Assembly: GCA_036172245.1 (NCBI GenBank)
Contig: JAYWIR010000030.1
Coordinates: 1,550,001-1,614,000 of the forward strand
DNA length: 64,000 nucleotides
From: Raillietiella orientalis
Taxonomy: Eukaryota
Reading direction: 5' to 3'
Below, one piece after another: positions 51,822-64,000 of this stretch. A program made the position numbers and the translations under genes. The notes beneath the pieces are model-generated. The model saw nothing but the letters and a program-made list of their open reading frames with translations, ran no database searches and had not been told where the DNA came from. Within the stretch, counting starts at the first letter, position 1, and each line of letters opens with the position of its first letter.

Positions 51822-54597
51822 ACGTCCTCCACGACGTCGGATCCGGCGGACGCTGCAGGTGCCTTTCTTGCTCGCGTGCGCGTCCCGCGAGACGTCGCCC
51901 GATGCATTCCCACCTTCTCGGACTCGCGTTGTTTTGCCTCGAGTGCTCCGGCAACGCGGTCGCCCCCGCACCACCCGGACGCTCTTGGCACCGCTGCTTC
52001 CCGTCCACCAAGCCCGGTCGCGGGACTTCCCGAAACTCCACCCGTTGGCGGTGCCACCGAACGCTGCCCCACGTGGCTGAAGTCTCGCTCGTCACGGCGG
52101 ATGCGGCGACGCTGCATGCTGACGGCACCTGCCTGCAGCCGAGTGGCCGATCCGGTCGGCCAGCGCCGCGTACGTGGGGCGCGACGTTCCAACTTTTGTA
52201 CGTCGCGGACGCGTACGGGAGCACGCGAGCTCTCTACGGTCTCTCCGAGTGCCCAGCGCTCCCGCTTCCATTCCCTGAGCATCCCCAGACGACGACCGGA
52301 CGCTAGGAAAGGCGATGCCGAGAAGCGAACAGACCGGATTGATGGGTGCACCCACGGGCCGCCGCCTCCCCCCTCTTCCGTATCGGAAAGAGCCACGTGG
52401 GAAAGAGAAGACCGTGAAGTAGGAACGCAGAACATCCGCTCGCCGGACCTCTGGCGCAAGGCGAAGATGCTAGCGGGCAGCTGTCCAATCCGCCCTGTCC
52501 AAAGGACGAGAAAGGAAGCTGCCCACCAGGAAGGACAGGTTCCGCCGAGCGGCGCCCTCGGCATTTCCTTGCGGACGTCGCGTATCAGGAACGCGGTGGG
52601 CTCGGAGGGCGGGTGTGACACGAGCATTCCCCAGAGAGCGGGCTCATCCCGAAGAGGAAGGAGCGCGCCGCTTCTTTCCCAGCGAGCTTGGGCGAAGGCG
52701 CGCAACTGCCTTCCAGCCACGTCGCCATGCCAACGCCGCCTGCGAACCTGATCTTGCTGGCTCGCAGCGGGCCGCGAGAGGCAGGCAGCATCGAGGGAAG
52801 CTCGGCTGCCGTCTTTCCACTTCCGGATTCGCGCAAGCATCGGAAGCAGCGGCACTTCTTTTCCGATCAATAGGGCTTTATGAACGCACGGGAGCTGCTC
52901 CTGTCGCTCGCGCGCGCCACGCTGTTCGTGGGACGACAGCAGTCATTCATTGCTGGTCCGGGATGCGACCGCAGCTCTCTCTTTTTCTCCCCCTTAACCG
53001 ACCGTCGAGCGGGTGTTCGCGCACTCGCGGAGGAACGCCCGCCCGCGGGCGACTTCGGCAGCGAGGAAGTTTCTCGAAACTGCCACTTCTCCTCGCGCCC
53101 TCTTGCCTCACCCGCCGTCTCCGTGAGTCGGGGGCGGTCAGCGTCCGAGTTGCTTCCGACTCCGGACACGCCGACGACTTCCGCTTCGCGCGGAGAGGCG
53201 CTCCAGACGCTCCCGGGTGGGCCCGACGATGCGGGGTGCCCGCGCTGGCGGTCGGGATCGGAAGAGTCGACCCTCCGGCGCCCTTCCGGGAATAATCCAC
53301 GAACCCTCTGGAGTTCCCCTCCGCCTGTGCAAATGATGCCGTCGTCCATCCTCAGGGTGGGGGACCCTTCATCGCGTGCAATGGAGTTGGTCGGGTTTCC
53401 ACCCCTCCCCCCCTCGGGGAGCTGCCTTTCCAGAGTGCTGCAGCATCGCGCTGCTCGCTTCCTTCAGAACTTCCCTCCGAGGTTCCCTTGCCAGGAGGGA
53501 GAGGAACGGACTCCTTCCACCGGAGCCCTCCTGCCTGCTTTAATTCATAGGCTGGTCACTCCGCAGTCACCGCACATAACCGGCACGAGGAGTCTCGGGC
53601 GCGCCCTCGGAGGGCGTGAAAGAGCTCCATGAGCCGTCCACCCTAAGGAAGGGGACGGTTCGTCGGCACTCCTGGGGAAAACCGAACGAGAAAAAGAAAC
53701 TGCGCTCGCCGTCCCTGGACCGAAGAGGGAGCGATGCCGCGGTGCGATCGCATCGTCCGTCCGTGTGCGGGCGTGGCCAAGTGCGGCATGCGATGCCGGG
53801 GGCAGGCGGCACGCCTATCCCGCATTCTCCTGCCGCCCCGCTTCAACTGGGAGAAATCGCGTGCCCCCTCCCGTAGGTGATCAGGGACGGCGTTGCACCT
53901 CGCCCGGCGCTGACGACGGACCGGCAAGGCCTTCCGAAGGAGTTGGAGGTTCTTCCGTAGTCGTGGGGCCCCTGCCGTCTCCCGGAATGCCGGGTGCCAT
54001 CGATCCGGCCTCTTCGCTTCTCGGCATCGCCTTTCCTCCCTTGCTGCGGAGGTGAGAAAACGAAACCGAAAGTGATGGTTCCAAGGCATTCCCGGCACCG
54101 GCGCGGCCTGTTCGGGTGACGTGGCGGGCTGTCCCCACTCCGCGTTGCGTCGGAAAGCGTTCCTGCGACAGCGGCGTCCCGGATACGCAGAACGCGATTC
54201 AGCTTGTTCATTCCTTTCGCTCTCTGGCAGCACTCCCCGTCTGCACTGCTTCCAGGAGCATGCCCAACTTTGTGTCATCGCGCAGAGGGTGCAGTTTGCA
54301 ACGCCGCCGTCCCCGCAAGCAGCGGCTTTCCGAATTTTACGGAAGCGCATTGCAGCCTGCGACCAACGGCCGCCGCCCTCCCCCGGGCACGGGACGAGAG
54401 AGTTTCTTTTCTTCTGGATTGGCTCTCCCGCTGGCTGAGGCGCGTGGCAGACGCATCAAACGCGTGGAAGAACTTCTTTTTCATTTTTTACGAGATTTCT
54501 CTTTTCCGGATCGATTCTTCCGGCATCCTCGCCGTGAGGCCGCGCACTCTGTTCCTGCTTTCCGGAGAGAGGTGCATTTTACTTCGTTGGGAGTGTT
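51822..54597 (-). repeat. Right arm of the ~2.78-kb inverted repeat
   Basis: Reverse complement of 42928-45702. Ends read at ACGTCCTCCACGACG (51822) and GGGAGTGTT (54597). Confidence 0.98.
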
Positions 54598-57500
54598 CTG
54601 CATTTCTTGACTCCGCTAATGTGCGTGTTATTTACAATTCAGGTGTTTCACTAAGGAGTGAGTTTCTCCATGGACGCATGTTCTTTGCGTACGGTTCGCT
54701 TTTTCTTTGCTGTGACTATTTGCTGAGAAGAGAGTCCATTTCTCTCCTTATGAGTTCCTTCTGCTGGTGAAGTGAGTCTTTTTTTTGTGAAGCTGGTGAA
54801 TTGAATGCAACTGGATACTCTTTTTCGACCTCTGCATCCAATGTGTTTTAGAGAGGTTCGTTTCAAGGTGCGCATTCAAGATATCAAGGCGTCTATATAA
54901 AATTTTTTGGAGCATGACGAGCTTTCGAAGAGATTTTTTAGATTCTCTGCTCTTGCTTGACTTGATGACGAGGGACAGAAGTCATCACACTGGAGTTTTC
55001 TTGATCTTCTGAGCATTCTTCTTCCGTTCTGGAGGATGCGGGAGGGAGGAAGGAGGCTAGACTTTGGGGACCAACTGTCCATTTCTCTCGCATAAGCCTA
55101 CGTCTTTTTCACTGAAAGACGCAGGGTACCTTGAAACCCTAGCGACCTGGGAGAAATGTTGCTACCAAGTTCTTTCGATGCTAAGCGGCTCGCCTCAAGA
55201 AACAGATAAAGTGTTTCAACATCCATCACAGACGCACTGATTGGACCTCCAGCTGCGATAAGGAAGATGCATCGACATGCATCATCTGAGCTTTTCAGAC
55301 CACATCCCTGTCCCGAGGACTGGATGAATGAGATGATCCAAAACTGGAGATGGTGAAGAATTTTCCTTCATCATTGAGTGCATCAAGCATTTGTTGCACA
55401 CATCTGGAAAGTGCATTAGTGGTTTTGTCAAACTGATTGACCTCTTCTCCTCTGCACTGTCCGCTGTATAAAAGCAGGCTGGTGATCTGAAGGGATCACC
55501 TGTTTGATCCTTTGACGTTTTCATTTCATGTGAACTGCACCGCTGGTCATTTTCTCTCCCCATGAAACGATTCAAGGAAAGAAAACTTCGAACCGTGATT
55601 CTGCAGATGAGTCCGAAAACCTCGGGAGCAACTGCATACCCCTGCAGACAGTTTTCAGGATAATGCGGTTGCTAGGAGATGAGGGGTGGCGGGGAATCTT
55701 CGAATCACCACTTGGGAACGCAGGCGTAGGAGACAGCTCATGGAACCGAGAGAAATGCAGAGGGCATTCGCCTGGTAGTTGGGCGGAAGTGTGCCGGGAA
55801 GAAAAATCATGGATCGGGCGAGAAATCTCCGGCAGTTTAATGGGATGCCTTATTTTTTACGTTGGTTCCTAGGGAGATAATGTCCTTGAGACACAGGAAT
55901 GTTCGCAATGATCAGACAGGAAGGGTACATGACATGGTTTTCTGAATCATTCGTTGAGGCCCATCTGTAAGCATAAGAGGGAGTGCTTCCATTATCTTCT
56001 GAAAATAGCAGCAGTTTACAGGTACGATGATTATAATGATCTGCAGATGAGATTCTTGCGCAGTGACGGATGAGGGTCGCCACGTGTCGCGCTCCTCAAA
56101 ACTGTTCCCATTTATGAATTAACTTTGCTGGATTTATGAGCTGTGCTGAAGAGACGCTGTTTTGCAAGCGATGCTCCGCTCATACTAACGGGAGGTGTTG
56201 AAAGTGCCGTGTCTGCAGGGAAAGGTGTTGGGCTGGAGGAGTGCATTGAGGATCCTAGGAATGAGATTGAGAGTTAACAAAGAAAATGCAAAAGTCTGTG
56301 CACACCTAGTCACCATTCATAGAACAACTGCAAACTAGCAATTAGGTATGCAGACCGACCTTTGGCAGTTTATCTCAGAAGTACAAAATAAATCTCCTGC
56401 TGACATTTCAGTCGTATCAGATGAAGGGAGAGTTGGTTCTTTCAAGACATACTCTGGGGCTGCTCGAGAAATGCTACATTTGCTGTCTCCAGAAACTTAG
56501 GATCTAAGAAAACAATAGACGTGTCCAGAATACCGGGATAATATCTGTACTGCTGATTTCTTCATCGTTCGTTCGTCTCTTCGGGCCACGTACTCTTTGG
56601 TCCTCTCAGAAATCATCTCCGGAGTCCATCCCAAGGTCTGAACAAATCTTAGGAAAGCTCCAATAGAGGAAACATTCAGGAGCAGAGAACTCAAGCAGAG
56701 AACGTTTCCTATGCTAGGCAGGATTTGTGGAGCATGAGGACACGGAAAGCAAATATTAATTGTGGGACGTGTGTGTTCCCTTTCAAACCAGTGATCAGTC
56801 TCTCTGTTTTCTCATCTTCTCACTCTTTCAGCCACTCGGACCGAATTCCTTCATTTCTTCTTCTTCTTCTTTTTTTTTTCGGTCCTCACTCGTGATCATG
56901 CACACATGATCATGAAAGCTATGACGCTTAAAGAATTTTTCGTTACGAATCAAATGCAAGCTCAAATCAAGCATTTCGTTTCGTGAGTGTTACAAATGCT
57001 GTAAGAAGCCCCAGAGCACGGCTTTCGAGTCTGGTGTAACGAAGATGAGTAATAAGCAGCTTCAAGGGTCAGTGTAATCTCAGTAGCCAACTGCACTATA
57101 ACGATGCTCTCTTCTAAAAATGATTTATATAATTTTCCGATTTTTGTTTGCTGCTCATGGCTCTGCTATCCGGGGTTCGAATTAAAATCAACGAAACCTC
57201 CATGAATTCTCATGAATTTTTATGGTTTGTACTTGCAAAGAAGCTCAAGAACACAGCCTTTCTGTGTCCTTGCAGCTGAAGTGACAGTACTCATAACTAA
57301 AGGATGAAGAGGAGGAAGCACGTTTAACGGTTTGGGGCACGAATGCGTTCTCGTGGTCTCAAGGAACACGAAAGAAAAAATACAAAGGGATGAAAGAACA
57401 TATCAGACAGCGGGTTGATCGAGCAACGACAAACTCTAAATAACAAGGTATCTTTCAACACTCTGCACCCGATGTTTGGAAACCGTTGATTCAGATATAA

Positions 57501-60500
57501 TGATCACACGGAAAGAGCTAATTAGCTGTAGCGAGAAAAAGTGAGATTGAAATTCCTCTCCGAACCATCAATTCATGTTGCCTACAGAAAGGAGCCATAA
57601 AACTCATTTTCCACTTCCTCTAAATCTCCAGCTAATCTCAGAAGCATTTTGCTGTGTGTTTTACAGAGGATCTCCACTTAATCGATAAGAGGTTTAAAGG
57701 TAATATATTGATCTAATATTGCTGTTTCGCTTGTAAAGACGAATTTTCTTCTATGAATTCAAATAAAACAAAAGTAAGTTTTCACAGAGCTTCCAGAATT
57801 CGTGAAAGTTCTTATTGATTAACCTTTCTTGTTTATTGGTTCAGCCTCAGTTTCCTTGTTTGCTCAAACAAGGACATGGAGGATTTCAGTGAGTTCAGCT
57901 GCCGGCTCCATACAAGAGCAATTAGCCGAAGCTCATGCTGACTTCCTGCAAAGGCAGACCTGAAATATGTTGAAGAGGAATTGGTGCTGTCGATACGGTG
58001 ATAAGGAAAAATCGAAGGAAGAAAATGTAAAAACAGATGAAACTCCAGAGATCGAATAGCTTGAGATCGGAATCAGAAAGAAATGTAAGAACAGCATGCG
58101 GAGACAAGCATGTTGGATACAGAGGCTTGTTCATGGTTGATGGGAAACATCCGCGGCAGTGAAAAAGCCGAACAACTCCTACGAGGAGTGATACTATTCT
58201 GGATACGAGATGAGAATGAAAGGCAGTGGAATCTGTGGAATCTTGCCGAATGGTGCTGCAGGTGCTCCTGCTGAGCGTCCTCCTATAATCGAGAAGCTGA
58301 GCCCACTGTCGGCGAGTGTCTTGACATTTTTCTGTTCAAGGAAAAAAAATCAGAAAGCAAGTGCTGCATAGGTAATATGGGGGGAGAACGTGCACTTCTT
58401 CGTCATAGATGATGGCCTGTGTGTCGTGGAGCAGGTATCCATCCCTAAGAATATTGGAGGTGCTTCTTCTGGAACTCTGTCTCTTCTCTCAACATGAATC
58501 ACTTAATAATTCCATTTCTTGATCTTTCAAAAACTCTTCTTCTCTTGAAGGAAACTTTGAGCATCCTGACGTTGTTAACATGGAATGTTCCACTCCTCCC
58601 CCAGAGAAACTATGAGAACTTTCCCATTCTTTTCACATTCCCTATTTAGATTCGACTGAATGAGACGCATGCTTTGGATCCATCCTACGTAAGGCAGAGG
58701 AACAACTCGGTTGGAATGGTCGGAAATGTCAAATTTTAAGATCCTGAAATCATATTTCTTCAGGATTTTCATCTCTTTAGAGGCATTGTTCCTCTTCAGC
58801 ATCCACCTGCATTTGTGTCCAGTTGCCTCGAAGTCTTTGAATGCGATGGGCATCCGGTCTTACTAAACATTCAGAGCTGCTTTCCTACGGGAATCTGTAC
58901 CATTTTTCAAGATGCTCCTCCTCATCCGGTGTCATTCTTCTCCTTCCAGCCGAGGGGCAAATCAGACGAGCACGCTATTCCGATGAGTTTTTGTCTCCTG
59001 GCTCAAGAGTCGAGATCACACGCTTCCTCAGACCAGCAAAGTTAAAGCAGACGTCGCAAGCGGTTGGATGGAGCTATTGGCAGTGGATATTTGAAGTTCT
59101 GCGAAAATGGCACGTGCACACTTTCACAGTGTCATAGGATCAGATCACCGTGTTCTCTCTTAAGAGGGAAAGAATTTCTTCCTAGGGCAGAGTTCACCAG
59201 AGAGAAGAGATGCACCTACGAGATTGGCGTCTGAGATGGAAAGGAAAGGTGAGAAGAAAGAAACCTACCCTAGCAATTCACCTCCCAGGGTATCCTGACA
59301 CTTCACGCTGCTAGACCGACAGTCGAGAGGCGATCGGATCAAGGCCTTCTTTCTGGGGAGGGAGGAGTAGTCTAGAAAACAAAGTCACCACGCTTATCAC
59401 ACTTTCGAGACAGGTCACCGAAGTCAGTTGACGTGAGTCAAGCAATCTCTGGCTAAGAGAATGTTGCTAGATGCTACTGTTTCTCTTTCTTTCTTTTTTG
59501 TTACTGTTATCGTCCCAAGTCCTTCGAGTTCTCTTCGTTCTTCCTTCTCAAGGAGTAAATGCCTTAGCTCTTCGAATCAGCATCCGTCGAGCGTGCCATC
59601 ATCTCTCGAGCATTTTTACTCTAGAGCAAGTTGCAAGGAGCACAGACGGCAGTTGCAAGGGATGTGCAGAGGATATCCTGCCCTGATTTTGCTTTTCTCT
59701 ACTGTGCTGATGGTCGTGAGACGGAATTGTACTCGAGAAATTCCTCGGTTATCTCGAATCCAAGTTCTGAAGAGCTCTCAGCTTAATCGAGATCGCGAGA
59801 AGAGGATGTAGGAGCCCGTGCAGTTTTGGTAGGCAGAATCACAGGTGTTCTGTTTGAGCCTTCCCAAGGATTATTAGGGCATCCAAACAGAAGTGGAGCA
59901 TCATAAGCATCGGGTTCCTTAAGGAGAACTTCCCAGGAAATAAAGAATAAAGTGGTGCGAAGAGCATTTCCTTCTCGGAACTCATTCTGAGCTCAAGGTA
60001 AAGTAACAAAATCCAAAGACAAGAATCCTTCTGACAAAGAGATAGGATTGAGTAAACTTTTAATCGGCATCAGTGCATCACGCATATCAATCTGTATTTT
60101 ATAAGAGCTCTGTTCGCCGCGAAATAACTGAAACAGTTTCTCCTAAGAAGTCAAGAGAACTTCAGACGTCTGATCGACGTCTAAAGACTAGACTCGTCTG
60201 ATCCTTCCAGCTGCACGGAGTTTTCAGAAAGCAAACCACACTACTCTTGATGTCCCGAAGTGCTATCAGCACTTTCCAAGAAGTGCAAAGTTCAGTGTGA
60301 CCAGAAAAACCCTCGGTAACTTCCCATAGTCTCAGCGTTTTACTCAGAGCACCGTCCGTAGCGCCGTCCGCACAGGGCAAGTAATGGCTATGGAAATACT
60401 TGAAACCAGGATGCAGAATGCATATCTGAGAAGCCGATAAAGCACCTCTGAGCAGCTCCACACAACTGAAGAGGGGCTTCTTTTTGCGTGAAGTCAAGAC

Positions 60501-60655
60501 GCACAAAAAAGAATAGGATGGTCACGGATGCTTTTGTTCAAACCGAAAGGCTGAAGAGAATTGGAGAAAACGAAGGAAAGGAGCTCGTATAGATTCTGAA
60601 ACAGCATACGGAATCTATTGGGAATTCTAGTTTGCCTTGAGCGACGTGCTTACCT

Positions 60656-60862
60656 GCGTGATCCATTATTGCTGCCTTCTCAAGAGGCGATCAAGGATGA
60701 AACGGCTGCGCGGTTACCGTGGCAACGGAAACAAGCACTTTAGCGTAATCCATTGTTGCCGCCTTCGCGAGAAGCGACCGAGAGTGAAAGGGCTCAGCTG
60801 TTACCGTGGCAGCGGAAACAAGCACTTTAGCGTAATCCATTGTTGCGATCCTCGCGAGAGGC
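60656..60862 (+). repeat. 87-bp tandem repeat, about 2.4 units
   Basis: Units start at 60656, 60743 and 60830 with GCGT(G/A)ATCCATT. The block GTTACCGTGGCA.CGGAAACAAGCACTTTAGCGTAATCCATTGTTGC is repeated. Confidence 0.9.
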
Positions 60863-62880
60863 AGCAACAATGAGTTGCGCAGCGCACAGTTTCCATCGAC
60901 GTCTCGAAGAGAACACGCAACGATGTTTCTCCCGACAGTACCTATAAAAGTTCGGGAGCTGCGGCTGCTCGAGTCAGTTCGGTGTCGTCGTGGACTCAGT
61001 GAGATATCGCGGCGTCAAAGGTTAGAAGTGAGAGGCCCTGACGAAACCAAAAGAAGAAACTCTTCAGTTGGAAACCCTTCTGCCCATCCCCTCCCTTGCC
61101 CCTCCACCTGCATTGAAGATTTCGACGCTCTACAGGAAAAACAGACCACCGATTCCTTCCTGGCCCTGCCCATGCCGTACGTTCGCTGATCTCCATCAAC
61201 CTTGTGTGCCTTGGGCAAAAAAAAGAAATCTCCCTCCGGGAGAGTCGAGCTGCAGCGGCCTTCGTCCTCTAGTCTTCCACTTGAACCTTCGCGTTCTCGG
61301 TTCTCCGCAAGTTCCCCTCAAGATGCAGCCTCTTTCACCTACAGCAGCTTCTCTATGGAGGAATCTAAGCACGTAAGTTGCATTGGCGTCTTCCTGTCGC
61401 TCTCCCTCCCGAAGATCGTCGGAAAATGGTTGGGAGACGTTTCTCAGGGAGGGGAAGGGGAATCCATCGTGGAGATGCTATCCTCCTTCCGCTGCTTCAC
61501 TTTCCACCATCTCCACGCTGCTCGGAAGAGTCAGCATACCGGCGGCGTAGTACCAAACGCCCCTCTGAGCTTATATCCTCGGCGAAAAGCCGTCCTTCTG
61601 CGACCGGGATGCACCTCCATAGTTTTCTTGCTTCTCACAAAGCCGACAGCGCCTTGAGCCAAAAAAAAGCCTGTCAATCCTTCAAAAGCCTCTCGCTCTC
61701 TCTTCCTCTGCAACAGAGGAAGGCACTCTGCTTCTCTTGAGGAGGTTCCCTTCGATGGTTCTAGAGACGTTGCCGTGCCAAATGAGTGTCCTCCAATCGC
61801 GCTCCTTCTTCACAGTCTTCCTTGCTGACTAAGAAACTTTGACTACCCTGGTTCTCCAGGAAAGAGACTTCATTTCTCGTGCTAGCGAACGGGGCTGACG
61901 AAGTACCTTCCTCGAAAGGTTCAGCCGTCATTGTCGTCTCCACACGCAAGGGCATTTCGGACTCGGGAGGTCATCACCTGGTCATTAGGAAGACGGGAAT
62001 CGGAGAGTTGCAAGTGATGCGGTCATGCGCAGCTTTACGAGGGATTGCTAGTTCCACCATTCGGAGATGCCGGAGAAGCAAATCAGAGAACAAAGAGACC
62101 AAGAGAACAGAGAAGAAGCAAGCATCAGAATGCACCACGGAAGACGTCAACCTTTGGAATCCGTCTGAGGAAAAAAACAAGATTCATCGTCTTTTGAGGA
62201 ACGTAGGTGGAAGGATGAACAGAGGGGCATTCGAGGGAACTTCTCATGAAGTGCGAGAGAGCAGAAAGCTCCCTTCAAGATCCTCTTCCTTTTCCACCTG
62301 TTCTCCCTTCTCCATTATTTCTTCTATTCATCTGCATTTATTTTATTTCCCTTTCGTTCCTTCTTTTCTTTCGAGGAGTCGCTCTTGCGAGCGAAACGAT
62401 TCCTGCAAACACCTGTTTTCCGCTTTGCCGAGGAGAGAAGAGTGACAGCGAATTTTCCCGTGGGTATCCAGATGTCGCTCAGCTCAGAGAGTCAAAGGAT
62501 GCGCTCAGAATCATAAAAAAACGAATTCTCCCTTCTCCACTGCTCCTTTCTCTCCACAGTGACCCTTCTTCCTCCGCTGCTTAGGGTCTTCTCCACGAGT
62601 GCACCCATCTCTAGTTCCCTGGGACCTCAGAAGGAACATGACCTTACTGCCCCTCATCCGAAAGACGCTTTCCAAACAATTTTGATTCTTTCTGCGGCGC
62701 TTGCGGCTGTAAAAGGGTCCACTCTCGTAAATGGTCTGAGGTCTCCTACGGCATCAACGGGGGAGTCAGAGGTACCGCGGACCAAGTCAGGGAAAAAATC
62801 ATCACCTTAGTGGAAATGAGAATAAAATTCCTCTTGATTTCCACTGAAACGCTTTCCAGTACTTTCCGACAGGTGGATTT

Positions 62881-62911
62881 GGTTAGGTAGGTTAGGTTAG
62901 GTTAGGTTAGG
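62881..62911 (+). repeat. Short interstitial arthropod-type telomeric repeat (TTAGG)n
   Basis: GG-TTAGG-TAGG-(TTAGG)4, followed by TTTT. Confidence 0.85.
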
Positions 62912-63935
62912 TTTTGAGCTCAGAGAAAACAAGAGGCAGTTCTTCCTAACTCGGAACAGGAAGCGAATCTGGCCACCTGATGCTTCCAGGTCTCTTCGGT
63001 AACGCTTCTGCCTCCTGCACACGCTCACTTCGGGAAGAAGCGCTGCTTCCCAGAACGCAGAAGTGAGGCGACTTCCGGATGCAGCAGCTATCGGAGCTCG
63101 TTCCGCGTTCTCATGGTAGCACGGTGTGGTCTCTGGTCAGATTATGTCACCGAGATTCATTGCGCATTTCCCGATGGCCTCTGGCATCACGTGCTACTCA
63201 GATGATCTCTTCCCCTTTCCACACAGCGCGAATCCTTGTATCTGCCATGAGTCGACTCTGCCTCCAGCAGCGGTAGCGAGAGGCTCAAAGCCACAGGAAA
63301 GAGCTCTCTCTGGACGTGACCTTCGTCCGTCGTCTGTTTGCAGCCCAAGAGTTTCCAGTGGAGACCACCATCTGCTGCTTGTCCTCCTTGCCGTCCTCCT
63401 GAAATTCGGTGATGCTGAGGTTCCGGAGCGTTTCCCGCTGTTTGGGTATCTCTTTGCTGCCTCCGGAGGCTCTGGTGATGCTGAGCCCGCTGAGCTGCCG
63501 CCAGGCAACACCTGACTCGCCGAGCTCGCAAAGCGCTCAGATCCGATGGCGTCACTTGGGAAGAGTTGGCGGTGTATGGCACCATCCCTGGGTCTGAGAA
63601 AATGGAGGATGCTTCTCTGCTGAGCATCCGTTTAACCGAAATGAGTTCAGTCCTACCACTTCTCTCCGCTCTACACCGCCACGGAGACCGGCTGAAAGCT
63701 GCCGACAGAGAAAATCAGGAAAAGATTCAGGTTGACTCCGAGCAATTGGTCGAGTGCCCTCCGGAAGGAGGAAGAGGGAGGTCCGCAGCCGCGAAAAAGT
63801 GCCCTCGAGCGTTTCCCAAGAATCCGTCTACTCTAGAAAGCACCTTCCTCGTTCTTTCCTTGGACAAGCCTCGTCTACGAGCCGCTTTCCTCGCCTTTCG
63901 TAGCTGCATTTGATAGAAAAAGCAAAATCTCACAG
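62912..63935 (-). mobile_element. Decayed L1/Tx1-like LINE 3' end ending in AAAA(CCTAA)n
   Basis: Minus-strand motifs in order: 'VDGFLGNARGHFFAAADLPLPPSGG' (cf. FLW..K.HW...L.LP...GG), 'ALCGKGKRSSE*HV' (finger-like), 'MRTRNE' (cf. IW.TRN) and 'EETWKHQV...CFL*'. The stop is followed by GCTC-AAAA-CCTAACC. Confidence 0.45.
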
Positions 63936-64000
63936 CGCTCCCTTTCCCTTTCCTTCAGCAGAAGCCTGCCGACGTAGACGTCGGGAGTGTGAGGGATCGG

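Noticed and set aside
42928..54597. Polinton/Maverick or autonomous foldback transposon with giant TIRs
   Set aside because: No integrase, protein-primed PolB, ATPase, capsid or transposase motif is visible, and there is no TSD or simple-repeat terminus. The spacer looks like ordinary decayed TE sequence.
60656..60862. CRISPR-like repeat-spacer pattern
   Set aside because: The would-be spacers are homologous to each other, there are only ~2.4 units, no cas genes are present and the context is eukaryotic.
61230..61830. GC-rich minus-strand stretch with 'SRSQKDGFSP', like the SPG.DG motif of LINE RT
   Set aside because: It is a single degenerate motif and I could not read supporting downstream RT motifs.
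62881..62911. True chromosome end
   Set aside because: There are only about six units, with unique sequence on both sides.

Overview
This window looks like eukaryotic, probably arthropod, DNA: it has an interstitial (TTAGG)n tract and no operon, rRNA, tRNA or CRISPR signal. I found no intact host gene, and almost all listed ORFs look like chance or GC-driven frames. It is mostly a retroelement graveyard: a clear NeSL/Utopia-like RLE non-LTR 3' remnant (10.6-11.7 kb), several decayed APE-type LINE pieces, DIRS-like RT/RNaseH/tyrosine-recombinase remnants, and a Tx1/L1-like 3' end abutting (TTAGG)n. The dominant structure is an 11.7-kb palindrome: two ~2.78-kb arms (42928-45702 and 51822-54597) around a 6.1-kb spacer. 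The arms are ~99.7% identical by eye and much richer in GC and CpG than their surroundings. They contain only decayed TE-like sequence, so arm-to-arm, possibly GC-biased, gene conversion is the most interesting hypothesis. Smaller structures include a perfect 24-bp hairpin, a templated 42-bp insertion flanked by an 11-bp duplication and an 87-bp tandem repeat. TE calls rest on degenerate motifs read by eye across frameshifts, their boundaries are approximate, and no searches were run.
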